DNA from: Piromyces finnis finn
Taxonomy: Eukaryota > Fungi > Neocallimastigomycota
NCBI GenBank assembly: GCA_002104945.1
Contig: MCFH01000071.1
Coordinates: 1 to 64,000 of the forward strand
Reading direction: 5' to 3'
Length of the DNA: 64,000 nucleotides
Shown here: piece by piece, positions 24,240 through 37,947 of the stretch
How positions within the stretch are numbered: the stretch's first letter is position 1
Layout of the letters: each line of letters starts with the position of its first letter
The notes under the pieces: generated by a model
The model's database searches: none
Told to the model about the DNA's origin: nothing
The model's input: only the letters and a program-made list of their open reading frames with translations
Made by a program: the position numbers and the translations under genes

Positions 24240-27200
24240 TTATAAGGAATCTTTTCTCGAAGGAATTTCAATTACAAATGGTTGGTATCTGTGCTTGATT
24301 AGATTACCAACTTTATTCTTTCTAATTTTCATGGAGGAGTCGTTCGACTTATATTTTGACTTTTTAGAGTTTCTTTCAAACTCTTGTATTAATTGTTTAT
24401 CTGGAATCTGATCTTCAGAAATCCAAGTGGATTTGTCAAATCCTTTCCATGATAACTTATAAAATGTTTCACCATTAACAGATTTCATCTTTTCAATTTT
24501 CTCTGGAATTTTTTCAATTAAATCTGTGTTAAGGTGAATGTTCCTCTTCCTACGATTAGACCTGTCGTTAAACTTGTTTTCAAAATATGGTTCTAACAAT
24601 GAAACATGAAAGACTGGATGACATCTCATTGTCTTTGGAAGTTTCAATTTGAAAGCAAGAGAACTAACTTTTCCAATTATCTCAAATGGACCAAGCATTT
24701 GAGGTGCTAATTTCTTCTTCAAGTTAGTTCCCGGAGAATCTTTCAATAACCATACCTTCTTTCCCACTTCAAATTCCGGGGGACTTATTCTTTTCATATC
24801 GGCATATTTCTTATATGTTTCTTTTGCTTTTTCTAAGCTTTCTTTTAATAATTTAAAGTTTTTATTCATATCAATTACTCTTTGTTCAGCTCTACTAGGT
24901 CTATCATCAGCCGGGATTTCCAAGCTGAACTTTGGATGAAAACCATAATTAGCAAAGAATGGGGATTGATTTATAGATTGCTGTAAAGTGTTATTATATG
25001 CAAATTCAGCAAATGGAATAAGATCAACCCAGTTATTCTGCTTCTTATTGATAAAACAACGGAAATATTGTTCTAATATGCCGTTCACCCTCTCCGTTTG
25101 ACCATCTGTCTGCGGATGGTTAGCAGTTGACAATGAATGATTGATATTAAGAAGGTCACAAAGTCTTGACCAGAAATCAGAAGTAAATTGCGAGCCTCTA
25201 TCAGAAATGATGGAATTAGGAAGACCATGCAAACGGAAGACATTGGCAATAAAAGCATCAGCAGCAATCGAAGCAGTAGGAAGACAACGTAAAGGAATGG
25301 CGTGAGCAAATTTAGTAAATCTATCGACAACAACCATAAGTGTAGTCATATCTCTGGACTTAGGAAGATCAACAATAAAGTCGATAGAGATATCAGACCA
25401 AGGCCTACTAGGAGTGTCCAAAGGGGATAACAAACCATAAGGCTTATGTCTGGGGACTTTGGATTTGCAACAAGTCACGCAAGATTTAATAAAGGATTTA
25501 ACATCCGAATGAAATCTTGGCCACCAAAAGTTTCTTGAAATAAGTTCAACGGTTTTCTTAATGCCGAAATGGCCAGCAGCAACAGAATCATGATGGAGTT
25601 CTAAAACTCTAGTCCTAAGAGATTTAGGAACATAAATAAGATTGTTAAATAACAAAAATCCTTCACCATCAATAATAACTTTATCAATGTTTTTAATAGG
25701 TGCATTACTTGTAGAACCATTCATTTTAAATTGAACAATGGAATTGTACAAATCGTCATTTTTAAGTTCTGATAAAATAGAATCTATTAAAGGTTTGTTA
25801 TCGCTATGATGAAGTGAAATTGTAAGACAAGAAACATTAGAGTTAATATCATTCACTAAATGATCACTTCTACGAGACAGAATGTCAGGCTTTCCAGATT
25901 TCTTTCCAGCTCTATAGATGAGTTTAAAGTCAAATCTGGATAAGAACAAATTCCATCTAATTTGTCTCTGAGATAACATTTCAGGTTTTCTAGGAAATGT
26001 TAAGTTCTTGTGATCGGTATAAATTATGAACTGATGGCGTGCACCCTCTAAGTAATGACGCCATTCTTCAAGAGCAACTATAATAGCTAAGAGTTCCTTG
26101 TCATATATAGGATAGTTTCTTTGACAACTCGTCAAACTTTTAGAAAGAAATGCAATGGGATGTAATTTGCCGTCAAACTCTTGAGAGAGAATAGCACCGA
26201 CAGCATAATTACTAGCATCAGTTTCAACAATAAATTGTTTATTACTATCCGCATGTTTCAGAATAGGAGCTGACGTGAACAGAGATTTTAATAAAATAAA
26301 AGCGGCCTGATCTTCTTTCCCCCAGTTAAAAGCAACATTCTTTCTAGTGAGTTTGTGAAGAGGGTTTGCAATTTTAGCAAAGTCTTTAATAAAAATTCTG
26401 TAATAGTTACATAGACCAATAAAAGACTGAACCTCTTTAACATTCTTGGGAACCGGCCAATCGAGAATTGCTTTAACTTTATTCTCATCCATTTGCAATC
26501 CATCCTTTGAAATGACATAACCAAGAAAAGTGGTTTTCTTAACATCAAACTCACATTTTTCTAATTTAACATAAAGATTATTTTCAAGTAGTTTCTTAAG
26601 TACCTTTTTAACATGCTCATGATGTTCTTCGATATTATTAGAATAAATAAGAATATCATCAATATATGAGATAACAAAATCGTCTAAATAGTCACTAAGG
26701 ACATCGTTAATGAAGTGTTGAAAAGTTGCAGGTGCATTCTTTAATCCAAAAGGCATAACCAGATATTCAAAATGTCCATATCTAGTACGAAAAGCCGTTT
26801 TGTATTCATCACCTTCTTTAATACGAACAAGATTATAAGCGGATTTAAGGTCTAATTTAGTAAAAATCTTAGCATTTTTCACCCTATCCAAAAGGTCACT
26901 AATTAAAGGTAAAGGATATGAATTACGAATGGTAATATCATTCAACTTTCTATAATCGATACAAAGTCTTAGGGAGCCATCCTTCTTTTTAACAAATAAA
27001 ATTGGGGGCACCAGCAGGAGACGATGATTTCCTAATAAAACCTTTATTTAAATTATCATCAATATATTTTTTAAGTTCCTCTCTTTCAACTTCAGTTAAT
27101 GGATACAAAGGTCCATAAAATAAAGTTGAATCATCCTTAAGTTTGATTTCACAATCATAAGGTCTATGAGGAGGTAACACTTCACAATTTTTTTCATTAA

Positions 27201-28833
27201 ACACTTCACTAAATTCTAAATATTGGGTTGGTACGGCGACCAATTTATCTTTATTAATATCTTTTCCATTATTATTATTATTACTACATGATTCGTTATC
27301 ATTATTACATGTTTCATTAATTTTTGTTACAATACATTTAACTTTTTTATTAAAACTAATATATTCATCATCGCTATCATCTTCATCATTGATGGTTCTA
27401 ACAAGGCGGCCTTTAACATATTCTTTTTCTTCATTGTTTGGGACAGAGGGATCTACTTTCGGCTTTTTGGTCAAGCTTCGGTCGAGAACATCATGATCTA
27501 ACTGATCATTCTTTGACTTCTTTCTTGGTTTTCTCTTTCTTTTGCCTTTATTACAATGTCTGGCACAATAACCAGAACTAAAAGCGATTTTCTTAGAGTC
27601 GTAGAAAGCATTTGGATTATGCTTCTTTATCCACGGCAAACCAAGAATAACATCAACACCGGGGACTTGTAATCCATGAAGTTGAATTACTTCGAAGTGA
27701 TTTTTGCAACGAAGCATGCACTTCTCAGTCCTTTCCCAAACACTAACAACTCCATCACTAACACCTGAAACACGGAATGGTTCCACTTTTTCCAAATTAA
27801 TACCAAGTTCTTCAGCAAGACTTGGATTAATGAAATTTAATTCAGAACCGGAATCAATTAAAACCTTAATTTTAACTTCCGAAACTTCATTGGTACTCAA
27901 GTAAAAGTCCACAAGGTTTAAATCACTTTTCACTCCCTTGACTCCAACTTTGTAAATTTTTGGATTAACAATTTTTGGAGTCCTTTCTTTAACAATTCTT
28001 AACACTTTTCTGGGCTTTACTCTATTAGGACAATTAAACTTTAAATGTCCCGGTTGTTTACAAAGAAAACATAACCCCTTTTTCTTTTCTTCTTCAAAAT
28101 TGTCTATGTTTTCATTGTAATTCTTACTTGATCCTTGGATATTCACATACCTTTTGCGTTTATTTTCTCTACTAATTCTAAATACATCCACATCCATAGG
28201 ATCGTTAGCCCTTCTACCATTAAAATAAAATTCACTTAGAGAATTTCTTTTCATCATATCTTCAACTAAAATAGTTGAAGAAATCAATTGTTCAATTGAA
28301 GTTGGGTTTGATTCAATAAAAGCCAACTTCTCCCTAAGTGGTGGTAATAAACCTTTCAGAAACATGTAGATTTTTGCGCTATCATTAAAGCTTGAATTTT
28401 GGCTAATACGTTGAAACTCGGTAATGTAATCTAATACCTGACCAAGTTTCCTTTGGCGAATATTATCTAATTTACCGTTAGCTACAACGGTATCGTATCT
28501 ATAACTGCCAAAGTTAGCCTTCAACCTATCTACAAATTCATCATAATGGTTTAAAACCCCACTATTATTCTTCATCAACACTGAAGCCCATTCCAAAGGT
28601 TTACCAGAAAAGTATGATATAACGAAGTCGACCTTGACTCGATCTGTATTATACAGTGTCGGTCGAGTACGAAATACCAACTCCACTCTAGTTAAAAATC
28701 CATCCAATTCTCTTTGTTTACCAGAAAATGTCGGTGGAGCATTAATAATGTTCCCCGAGTTCCCGGAAACACCCACATTCCTATCACCCATTTCTAAATT
28801 TAAATTTTCAAACTCACTAATTAAATCCTCCAA
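24240..28833 (-). pseudogene. gag-pol: Element M gag-PR-RT-RH-IN-chromodomain with one +1 frameshift near 27005
   Basis: Near-identical to 40531-45123 but 1 nt longer (4594 vs 4593). It has C5 where the other copies have C4 in GGTGCCCCAATT. Confidence 0.88.
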
Positions 28834-29535
28834 TTCAAAATATAATATATAATATAAAATTAAAATGGTTTCTTACTACTATTTCAAGTAAGTAATCTTA
28901 AATTTTTTTTTTTAATTACACTACTACAATTTATCCTAATACAAAAAGTTATTCAAACGCGTTCTGCAAAGCAGTGTCGAACAAGTTTTGTATTACTAAT
29001 TAATATTGGTTAATTCTTCTTTCTTCTTGCACTCGGTGGTAGTTTCTAATTCTAACCAGTAGTCAAAATTTCTTCTTTCTTTTTATTCGGCGGTAGTTTC
29101 CAATTCTAACCAGTAATTAAAGTTCTTTCTTCCTTTTTGTACCCGGCGGTAGATACCCTAACGTATTCTCTATCTTCGTTGGGTAATTGTTATTGTAATG
29201 GCGACACAGAAAGAATAGATTAGGATATCTATTCTATTACAATAACACTAAATTTAAAATAAAAATAAAAAATTGTTTTATTAAAATTCTATTATAATAA
29301 AAGATATTTTATAAAACAATTTTTTATTTTATTTTTTCAAATTTTTGTGTTATTGTAATAGAATAGATATCCTAATCTATTCTTTCAGTGTTCAACATTA
29401 CATTTAATTATTAATAAATAAATTATGTCTCATTTTCTTTTTCTGAATATAATTTGTGTAACTTAAACAATAATACTTGTGGCTTAAGTTACATTAAAGA
29501 TATCAAACAGAGGCGTTTGATATCTTTACATCCTC

Positions 29536-32129
29536 CATATAATCCTCAAAATAATGGAATTGCTGAACGTTTTAACTATACATTAATCAGTTGTACAAAA
29601 TCTTTATTACAATCAAGTAAAATGGGGACTGAATTTTGGGATTATGCTATTAAGTATGCTAATCTTTTATATAATATAACACCACATAAAGGTATTAAAA
29701 ATAAAATTCCAAATGAAGTATTTTATAGTAAAAAGGTTGATCTTAAATACATTAAAGTTTTTGGATGTATAGCTTACTTTAAAGATTTTTCTCAAGATAA
29801 AATAAAATTTAAAAGTAATGCAATTAAAGGAGTTTTTGTTGGATTTAATATGGAATCTAATTGTTATATGATTTTAGACTTAAAAAATTATAATATTCAC
29901 TTAGTAAGGGAAGTTATATTTGATGAAGAAACCCCTTCTAGTTTATCTGTCAACAAAAACAATGTAAAACTTCCAACTAACATTTTTAATAATGATAATT
30001 ATATATTTGAATCCTCGATAATTAATACAAATGAAGAATCAAATAATAAGGATAAATCAGGCATTATATACAATGAAATAAATGACACAAATAATAATAA
30101 TGTGAATAATTCAAATATGTCTAATAATAATGAAGAAGATAAATTAAATAAAAATACTGATAATATTATTAATGAAAGTGCTTCAAGTTTTAAATCTCTT
30201 AGTGTTTCCAGTGATGACGATTACATTCAGTCATCAAATATATCAGATATTGATAATTCAAATAATTCCACTATAAATAAAAATTTAACATCTAATAATA
30301 ATATTAACAAAACAAATTATTTAGTATTTAATAACTCGAATATTAATCCTTTAAAACATAAATTAAATAATACTAATTCTTTCAACAATAAAAAATTAAA
30401 ATCCTCATTTAATGATTCAGTAAAACGACGTGGATGCATTTTATCTTCTAATTTTAATAAAAAATTAAAACCTTCTTTTAATGAGTCAATTAAAAGACCA
30501 GGCAGTCCTATATTTTTTAATGATAACAAGAAAAATAAAATCTCATTAGACTATATTGAACCATCTAATCAAAACCTTGCAACTGATACACCTTTATCTT
30601 TCAAACAAGCGATCAATTGTAAAGAACGTGAATCTTGGCTCATTGCTATCAATTCAGAAATCAAAAGTTTTTATGACAATAATATTATGACCTTTGTTAA
30701 AAAACTCCCTACTGGAAAATCAGCTATTTCTACCAAATGGATTTTTACCATTAAAAGGGATCAATATGGTAATATTAATAAATATAAAGCTCGACTTGTT
30801 GCAAGAGGTTTTACCCAAAGAAAAGGTATAGATTTTGAACTCACTTTTTCTCCTACTTTAAACATTGATAGTTTAAAGTTTATTATAGCTATAGCTGCAA
30901 AATCTAATTGGCCTATTATGCAACTTGATATTAAAGCCGCTTATCTTAATGCACCACTTGACAAAGAAATATATGTTTCTATCCCTCCAGGAGACGTTAA
31001 CTACGGACGTGGTTATTGGCTTCTTAATAGAGCTCTCTATGGTCTCAAACAATCTGGTCGCCAATGGAATCTTTTACTTAGTAATTTCCTTAAAAATAAC
31101 CAATTCAATCAATTAATTTCTGAACCGTGTATTTTTAAGAAAATGATGGGGGATAAATTAGTTTGCATTATAGGTGTTTATGTAGATGACTTATTAATAA
31201 CAGGAATAAATAAAAATGTTCAAGAAATAATAAATAAAATAAAGAAAAATTTTAAAATTTCAAAATGCAGTCCTGCTGAGTATATTCTAGGAATAAGTAT
31301 TGAACGCAACAATTTTAAATATTCTATTAATCAAATTCAATTCATTAAAGATATATTAAAAAAATTCAAAGTTAAAAATATCCGAAAAGCAAAGACTCCA
31401 TGTACTGATGATTATTCAACAAAATATGAAGAAGAAAATTTTGACAAAACAGTATATAAAAGCGCTGTCGGATCTTTAATCTATTTATCCAGATGCACTA
31501 GACCTGACATAACATTCGCAGTCAATAAAGTAGCAAGGAATTCAGAACATCCAACTAAAGCTGACTGGAAAAAGGTATTAAATATATTAAAATATTTAAA
31601 TTATACTAAAAGTTATAAAATTGAATATAAAGGACAGGGAGAAATTGTAGCATATACTGATGCAGACTTTGGAGGTGACCCTAAAGATAGAAAATCTACT
31701 TCCGGATACATAATTCTTATGAACAATGATCCTATATGCTGGCAATCTAAAAAGCAATCTGTAGTTGCTACATCTACTGCCGAAGCTGAATATATAGCAA
31801 TGGCTGAATGTACTAAAAAAGTATTATGGATAAAGAATATTTTAAAAGAATTGTTCAATTACAAAAAACCAATTACAATTCATACAGATAATTTAGCAAG
31901 CAAAACTATCATTGAAAACGGGGAACTTAATAACAAATTAAAACATATAGAAATAAAATTCTTTTTCAATAAGGATAATATTAAAAATAAAAAAGTAAAG
32001 TTAGAATATATTAATTCAGAAAAAATGCTGGCCGACCCACTTACCAAAAATTTCAATGGACCGAAAATGACAAAATTTACAGACCAAATTTTTAATAAGA
32101 AAACATTCTGGTCTGAGGGGGAATGTTAG
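29536..32129 (+). CDS. pol: Copia integrase C-terminal part, reverse transcriptase and RNase H (continuation)
   Basis: PYNPQNNGIAER, YKARLVARGF, QLDIKAAYL, YVDDLL, AYTDADF. Joins in frame with 8456-10445 (4584 nt, 1527 aa) after removing the insertion and one TCCTC. Confidence 0.93.
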
Positions 32130-33154
32130 AATATCTTAGAATAAATTAAATATGTGTTAAAACAATTTTATTTTCTGTTTAAAATAATTAATAATGTATT
32201 AGTAAATGTATTAATAATAATTAGTAGTGTATTAGTAATTCACATGTTCTAAGAACATTTATTAGCAATAGTTTTTAGTTTTATAACTAGCCACATTTTA
32301 TAGTATAAATTTATTCAATTTCTCATTAATTAATTCTTTGTAATTACCATAATCTATTAATATTAATAATAAAATTAAACTATATTTTTAATAAAATATT
32401 TTAACTAATAAAACATTCAGATACTTTATTTAATTTATTTAGTTAAATATATTTCATATATTTATATAATTTATTTAATTTATTTAATTAAATAATAATT
32501 TGTTCATTTGATTTTTAAATAATATTTATATACAAGAATCCGTAATTTTACCCTTTAATTATATATTACTAATTAATTTACCTGTTATATCTAAACACGG
32601 ATTTACTTTAGGAAATCGGTATTTTAAGGTTTTTCCGATTATCATTACAAATAATTGGTTTTACTTAAAATTTACACGATGACCAATATGATTAGAATAT
32701 TGGTTGAAAACTTGTTTAGGTTTTTCTTCTAGTCTTTTCCAAAACATTTTATTTGTTAAGATTAGAACTCATTTATTTAACCTTATTTTTTAATAAAAAT
32801 ATAAATAAACACTCTTGAAATTCTTTAGAATTCAAGAGTTATTATTATAAGAAAAATTAATTATAATAAATAATAAATAATTTTATTTAATAAAAATTAA
32901 TTAATAAAAAATCCTATTATTAATAAAACATAATTCTTATATTATCCATTTTATTCTCATCCCTCTTCCCATTTGTGTTTTTTGTTGTTTATTATAAATC
33001 CTTATAATAAACTCGTTAAGTTCTAGTTTTTTAATTTCATATTTAATTTTTTTTTCCATATACATATAATTTAATATTAAATTTTAATATTGAGTTATCG
33101 ACAAGTAATTATATTATACTATTTAATATAAATATTATAATAAAATTACTACAT

Positions 33155-34601
33155 TGTCAAAAAGCGATTTTGTAAAATATTCTAAACTAAGTTCAGGTTT
33201 GTATACACTCAATAGACTAAACTACACTTTAAATTATTTTTAATTTTTATATTTTATTTATTAAATTATTCTAAAATAACTAAACTAAAACAACCGTTGA
33301 TTACTTTACCGTGAAGGATATTTTACCAGAGCCCTCACTAGGTAATCAATATTTATTATTAAAAAAAAAACAACTAAACTAATTATAAATGTTAATTTAT
33401 CTAAACAAAATTAACCTATACGATTTTCTAACTATCGTTTCAATAGTTGAAAAATTTTCTTTATTTATACTTTTTAAATAAATTGAATAAATTCTAATAT
33501 ACATGTTTTAATATTATAATTTTACATTGTTTACATTTATACATTTATTAAAAGAAATTATTTGTATTAAACTATTTAAATTCAATTTATTTACTAAAGA
33601 ATTTTCTAAACTTAAAATAAAGTTTTGATTTATTTACTATATGGTTGATTATATTTCAAACATATATTTAATTTATTTATTTCTAATTTTGAGGCTTAGT
33701 TTATAAAAAAATTTTTTTATTATCTAAAATATTTATTGGTTAAAAATTATTTAATTTAAAATTTTATTTTATCATCAAAAACTTTATCTTATCATAAAAT
33801 TAAATTTTACATAAATTTATGTTAATGTATTGTGATATAAATTTTTGTAATTAAAAAATAAAATTTACATAAATTTATGTTAATGTATTGTGATATAAAT
33901 TTTATGAAAATTTACGGTACATTAATTTAATACATTATACATTATTTTAAATACGTATTAAATACATTATTCTATTAATACAATATTTTACAGATTTTTT
34001 ATTAAAGAAAAGTGTGGTAAGCACACTAGTTATATTAATTAACAAATATAATACGCTTTCCTATTGAAGGCGTAAAGCTAATAATATTTATATAAAGAAA
34101 ATTAAATAATATTTTTATTTTAGCAATAACTTAATATCAGCATATATTAAGTTATTAAAAATATTAAAATTTTTAAAGTTTTAGGTTTTATAGGAGTTTA
34201 TAAATTCTATTAACTTTAAGTTAAAAAATTACTAACGCTAAAGCTTCGTAATTTTTGTCAATTTTTGTTCTTTTTATACATGAACAATTTTAATTATTAC
34301 ATTTTTTAATTTTAATTAATTATTGTCTAATTATAAAATATTTAATTTTTATAAATTAATAATTAATATAATTATTGTAAATAGTTAATAAATTTAATAT
34401 AAAATTTTTAATAATAAAATTTTAATAATTTTAAAAAAAATTTAATAATTTCAAATATTAGAAATTTTATAATTTGAAATTTTTTAATAAAAATTTAAAA
34501 AATAAATTTTTTCAAATTTTCAAATTTTCAAATTTTAAAAAAATTTTTAATTTTTTCCATGTGTCCAAATTTTTTAAATTTTTATATATGTTATTGTGAC
34601 A
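33155..34601 (-). mobile_element. Solo LTR family B, inverted, split by K2 and by an F LTR
   Basis: Reverse complement of 4166-4782. Its first 4 nt are also present at 8000-8003 as part of the K2 TSD. Confidence 0.85.
33171..33992. mobile_element. Solo LTR family F
   Basis: TGTAAAATAT...ATATTTTACA, TSD GATTT, homologous to 56329-57129. Confidence 0.88.
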
Positions 34602-34653
34602 TATTTTTACAATAGAAAAATATTATCTTAATTATATATTTTACTATAGAAAG

Positions 34654-35188
34654 TGATAATATTTGTATCTAAAAAAAATAAGAAAATAAAATAAATGATT
34701 TTTATACTTGTTCATTTGCAAGTATTAGTTAATGTTTAAAAATATAAAGTTTATTTAATTATAAAATTATATCATTATTTAATAACTCTAGTATTATTAA
34801 ATAAAAAAAAATGTATGTTTTATATTCTAATTTTCAGGGATTATTAGTAGCCCTTTTAAAAATAAGTTTTATTATAAAATCATTTTTGAATTTAATATTT
34901 AAAAGTATATATATCTAATTTTTCGCTCTGGATTATTAGGAACATCTTTTAAAATAAAGTAATTCTATCACTATTTATACAAAATTATTATTTTAAAGTA
35001 TAATTATAAACAAATATAAACTATTTAATTTAAAAATAAATAAACAATTAAATAAACAAAAAATTTACATTTATAATTTTTAATTTAATAATTTTATACA
35101 TGTTAATTATTTTAATTTTCAACTATCTGTGTTTTAATAATAATATTATTATTATAAATTCATAACTTATAAATTTAATTATTTATCA
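34654..35188. mobile_element. LTR-like repeat family N, copy 2
   Basis: Homologous to 5338-5885, same termini. Confidence 0.65.
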
Positions 35189-35243
35189 TTTTGTCACAAT
35201 AACATATTGTAAAATATTTAATTTAAATCTAACCTTTAAATTA

Positions 35244-36469
35244 TGTCAAGAATAGAAGACGATTAAAAATTAAATTAAATATTCAAATAAACAATTTAAA
35301 AATCAAATTTATATTTCAAAAATTATAAAACACTTTTAAAAATAATTAAAAAGATCACTTGGAAAAATTTAATATTGAAAAGGGTTAAGGATCACAAAAA
35401 TTTAATTTTCAATAAATTAACCCTTGAGAAGAAAATGTACTATACGAAACTAGTGATAACTTATGAATCTCGTGTCCTATTTTCCTTTTCTAGAGACTTC
35501 AAACCAATTTTATTAGAAAGTACTGGTTGAGATCTATATTCTCACAAATTTTCAGCTAATTTAGACCACTAGTTCTTGAGATATAGCTATTTAAAGAATT
35601 AATTAGTTCCAATAAATATATAATAATATATATTAAAATGATTAATATTAATTTATATAATTAAAGTCATTATTCAAGTCATCCAACTTTCTATAAATAA
35701 TTCAATTTAAAAATTCTCCATTATTATTAAATAAGGTTAGATAATAAATATTCTTGATTACAAACCTACTCAATTATAAAAATTAATTAATAATTTTTCA
35801 AATAATTTTGATTAATAACCTCAATCATAATCAAACCAAAAAAGCCTTTGGATCAAAAATCATTAGTTATAATTATTAATTAATTGATCATGAGAATATA
35901 TAATTAGTATCAGTAATTGTTATTCTCAATCTATAATATTAAATATTTACAATTTAAATGGTTAAAACAATACTTTTATTTTAAAAGTAATTTAAAAGAT
36001 TAATCTTAAGATCTATCATATGAATTCATATTATCAATATCAATATCAATATCAATTATTAATATTTTAATTTAAAATTATTTTATTTTTATCTTTATTA
36101 TTAATATCAATATTAATATCAATGTAATTTTATTATATGTAAGAAAAAAATATTTAAACAAAGAATTGAAATCAATTTTGAAATTCTTTGTAAGATTATT
36201 AATTATTAATTATTAACTATAATATAACTTAATAAATATTATCTTAATAAATAAATAATTAATAAATAAATTTCATAATTAAATTATATTAAAATTTTAT
36301 TTTAAATATAAAAACCTGTTTAATTTCTAAATTAGTATTAATTAAATTCTTTAATAAGTTCTGAAGAAAAGATTTAATAATAGATAAGTTTAATATTTCA
36401 TTGGTAAATTAAGTTATATTATATAAAACATTCTGACCAAGTTACATATCAATCCTAGCCTACTTTACA
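35244..36469. mobile_element. Solo LTR G (A/E-related)
   Basis: TG...CA, TSD AATTA (35239-35243 / 36470-36474). Shares AGGGTTA...TAACCCT and ACATTCTGACC motifs with E. Confidence 0.8.
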
Positions 36470-36474
36470 AATTA

Positions 36475-37320
36475 TGTCACGAATCTAAGTGGATTTAGAT
36501 AATCTCATAGATGTGAAACACCTAACCCTTAAATAAAGTGTGAATTACGAAACCTAAGAAAATTACTGGAAAAATTAAATTACTTTGATGATATTATGAA
36601 CATTAGAAAGCTAAAGGCCTAAGCTATCTTTTGGTACATTTAAATCATCAATATTTCAAAAAGTTGAGTTACTTATGACCAATTAAAGGGAATTCAATAT
36701 AAATTAAATATTAAAAATTTCACACTTAAAATTAATAAAAAAATTTCTAAACTTTTAGGTATTGGTTTAAGTATTACTATTAATAATAAATTTAATTATT
36801 AATTACTAAATTAGTAATCAGATGATAAAAGTTGTGAGAAGTTATTTAAACTCATGACTTAAAATAATAAAATATTATATTAATAATTATTATTACTCGT
36901 GACAGTTTATAAAAATCATAGTTACAAAAACTAATTAATTAATATTAATAAAATAACCATGTGAATTAATTATGTAAAAATTGTAACTTTGAGAAATTAG
37001 TATAAATAGAGTAGTTTAGTTAAATGTTGATCAGTAGTAAGATTATTAATTTTTATTAGATAAATTAATAATAGTAAAGATTAATAAATTACATTAGATT
37101 TCCCTTGTAACTAATTTTATAAATAAAAGTTGATTTAAAACTTAATTTTATTTTAATGAAATTTGAAATTAAAGTGTCATTTTAGTTAATAAATCCATTG
37201 CATATAATTTCATCCAATAACCGGATAATTAAGAAAATTAGTTTCTATTATTATTAGTTTATAACCATTCCTGACCTAGTTAATTAATCCAAACCTAACC
37301 CGAATCTGCGTGATTTAACA
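36475..37320. mobile_element. Solo LTR H (A/E-related), in tandem with G
   Basis: Starts TGTCACGAATC (compare the reverse complement of the A end), has a CTGACC motif near the end, ends TTAACA. Right TSD lost. Confidence 0.65.
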
Positions 37321-37866
37321 AAAATTAAAATTTTTTTTAAAAATTTATTTTTTAAATTTTTATTAAAAAATTTCAAAGTATAAAATTTCTAATATTTGAA
37401 ATTATTTAATTTTTTTAAAATTATTAAATTTTATTATTAAAAATTTTATTCTAAATTTATTAACTATTTACAATAATTATATTAATTATTAATTTATAAA
37501 AATTAAATAACTTATAATTAGACAATAATTAATTAAAATTAAAAAATGTAATAATTAAAATTGTTCATGTATAAAAAGAACAAAAATTGACAAAAATTAC
37601 GAAGCTTTAGCGTTAGTAATTTTTTAACTTAAAGTTAATAAAATTTATAAACTTCTATAAAACCCAAAACTTTAAAATTTTTAATATTTTTTATAACCTA
37701 ATATATGCTGATATTAAGTTATTGCTAAAATAAAAATATTATTTAATTTTCTTTATATAAATATTATTAGCTTTACGCCTTCAATAGGAAAGCGTATTAT
37801 ATTTGGTAATTAATATAACTAGTGTGCTTACCACACTTTTCTTTAATAAAAAATCGCTTTTTGACA

Positions 37867-37877
37867 TTACTAACGCT
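37867..37877 (+). promoter_or_regulatory. Self-priming PBS of family B
   Basis: TTACTAACGCT is complementary to AGCGTTAGTAA at 37609-37619 inside the LTR. Confidence 0.85.
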
Positions 37878-37947
37878 TATTAAAAAAGTGCGCTGAGCAC
37901 CAATTAGTTAGTAATTATTAATAACTAAATATAATAATTAAAGTTTA

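Larger units (their letters stand above)
10928..29402 (-). mobile_element. Ty3/gypsy chromovirus element M (family C) with an aberrant 5' LTR
   Basis: TSD TTTAA (10923-10927 / 29403-29407). 3' LTR is 10928-11260 + 23933-24203. PBS at 29183-29193. The 5' end 29194-29402 is a U5 / inverted-U5 chimera. Confidence 0.88.
10446..29530 (-). mobile_element. Family C solo LTR, inverted (10446-10927 + 29408-29530, 605 bp), inserted in the copia integrase
   Basis: Reverse complement of the C LTR, TSD TCCTC (10441-10445 / 29531-29535). Confidence 0.9.
8133..32413 (+). mobile_element. Ty1/copia LTR retrotransposon carrying a 19-kb nested insertion
   Basis: Apparently identical 290-bp LTRs (8133-8422, 32124-32413), TSD CATTC, PPT GAGGGGGAA at 32115-32123, domain order gag-PR-IN-RT-RH. 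Confidence 0.95.
8004..33153. mobile_element. Solo LTR family K, copy 2 (8004-8132 + 32419-33153), split by the copia element
   Basis: Start TATAAGAAATAATAATTATTT (TG changed to TA), end ...TTACTACA, TSD TTGTC (7999-8003 / 33154-33158), K core at 32605-32855. Confidence 0.72.
35192..37866 (+). mobile_element. 5' LTR of a family B element, interrupted by an F stub (35208-35243), G and H, with an internal deletion
   Basis: B start TGTCACAATAACATAT at 35192-35207, B body at 37321-37866, followed by a PBS and gag. Confidence 0.75.

Noticed and set aside
26995-27015. Possible programmed frameshift in element M
   Set aside because: It lies inside RT, and three sister copies are in frame with one fewer C. 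It is a homopolymer mutation or sequencing error.
11895-29150. CRISPR-like repeat arrays in element leaders
   Set aside because: These are degenerate head-to-tail repeats without unique spacers, inside eukaryotic retroelements, with no cas genes.
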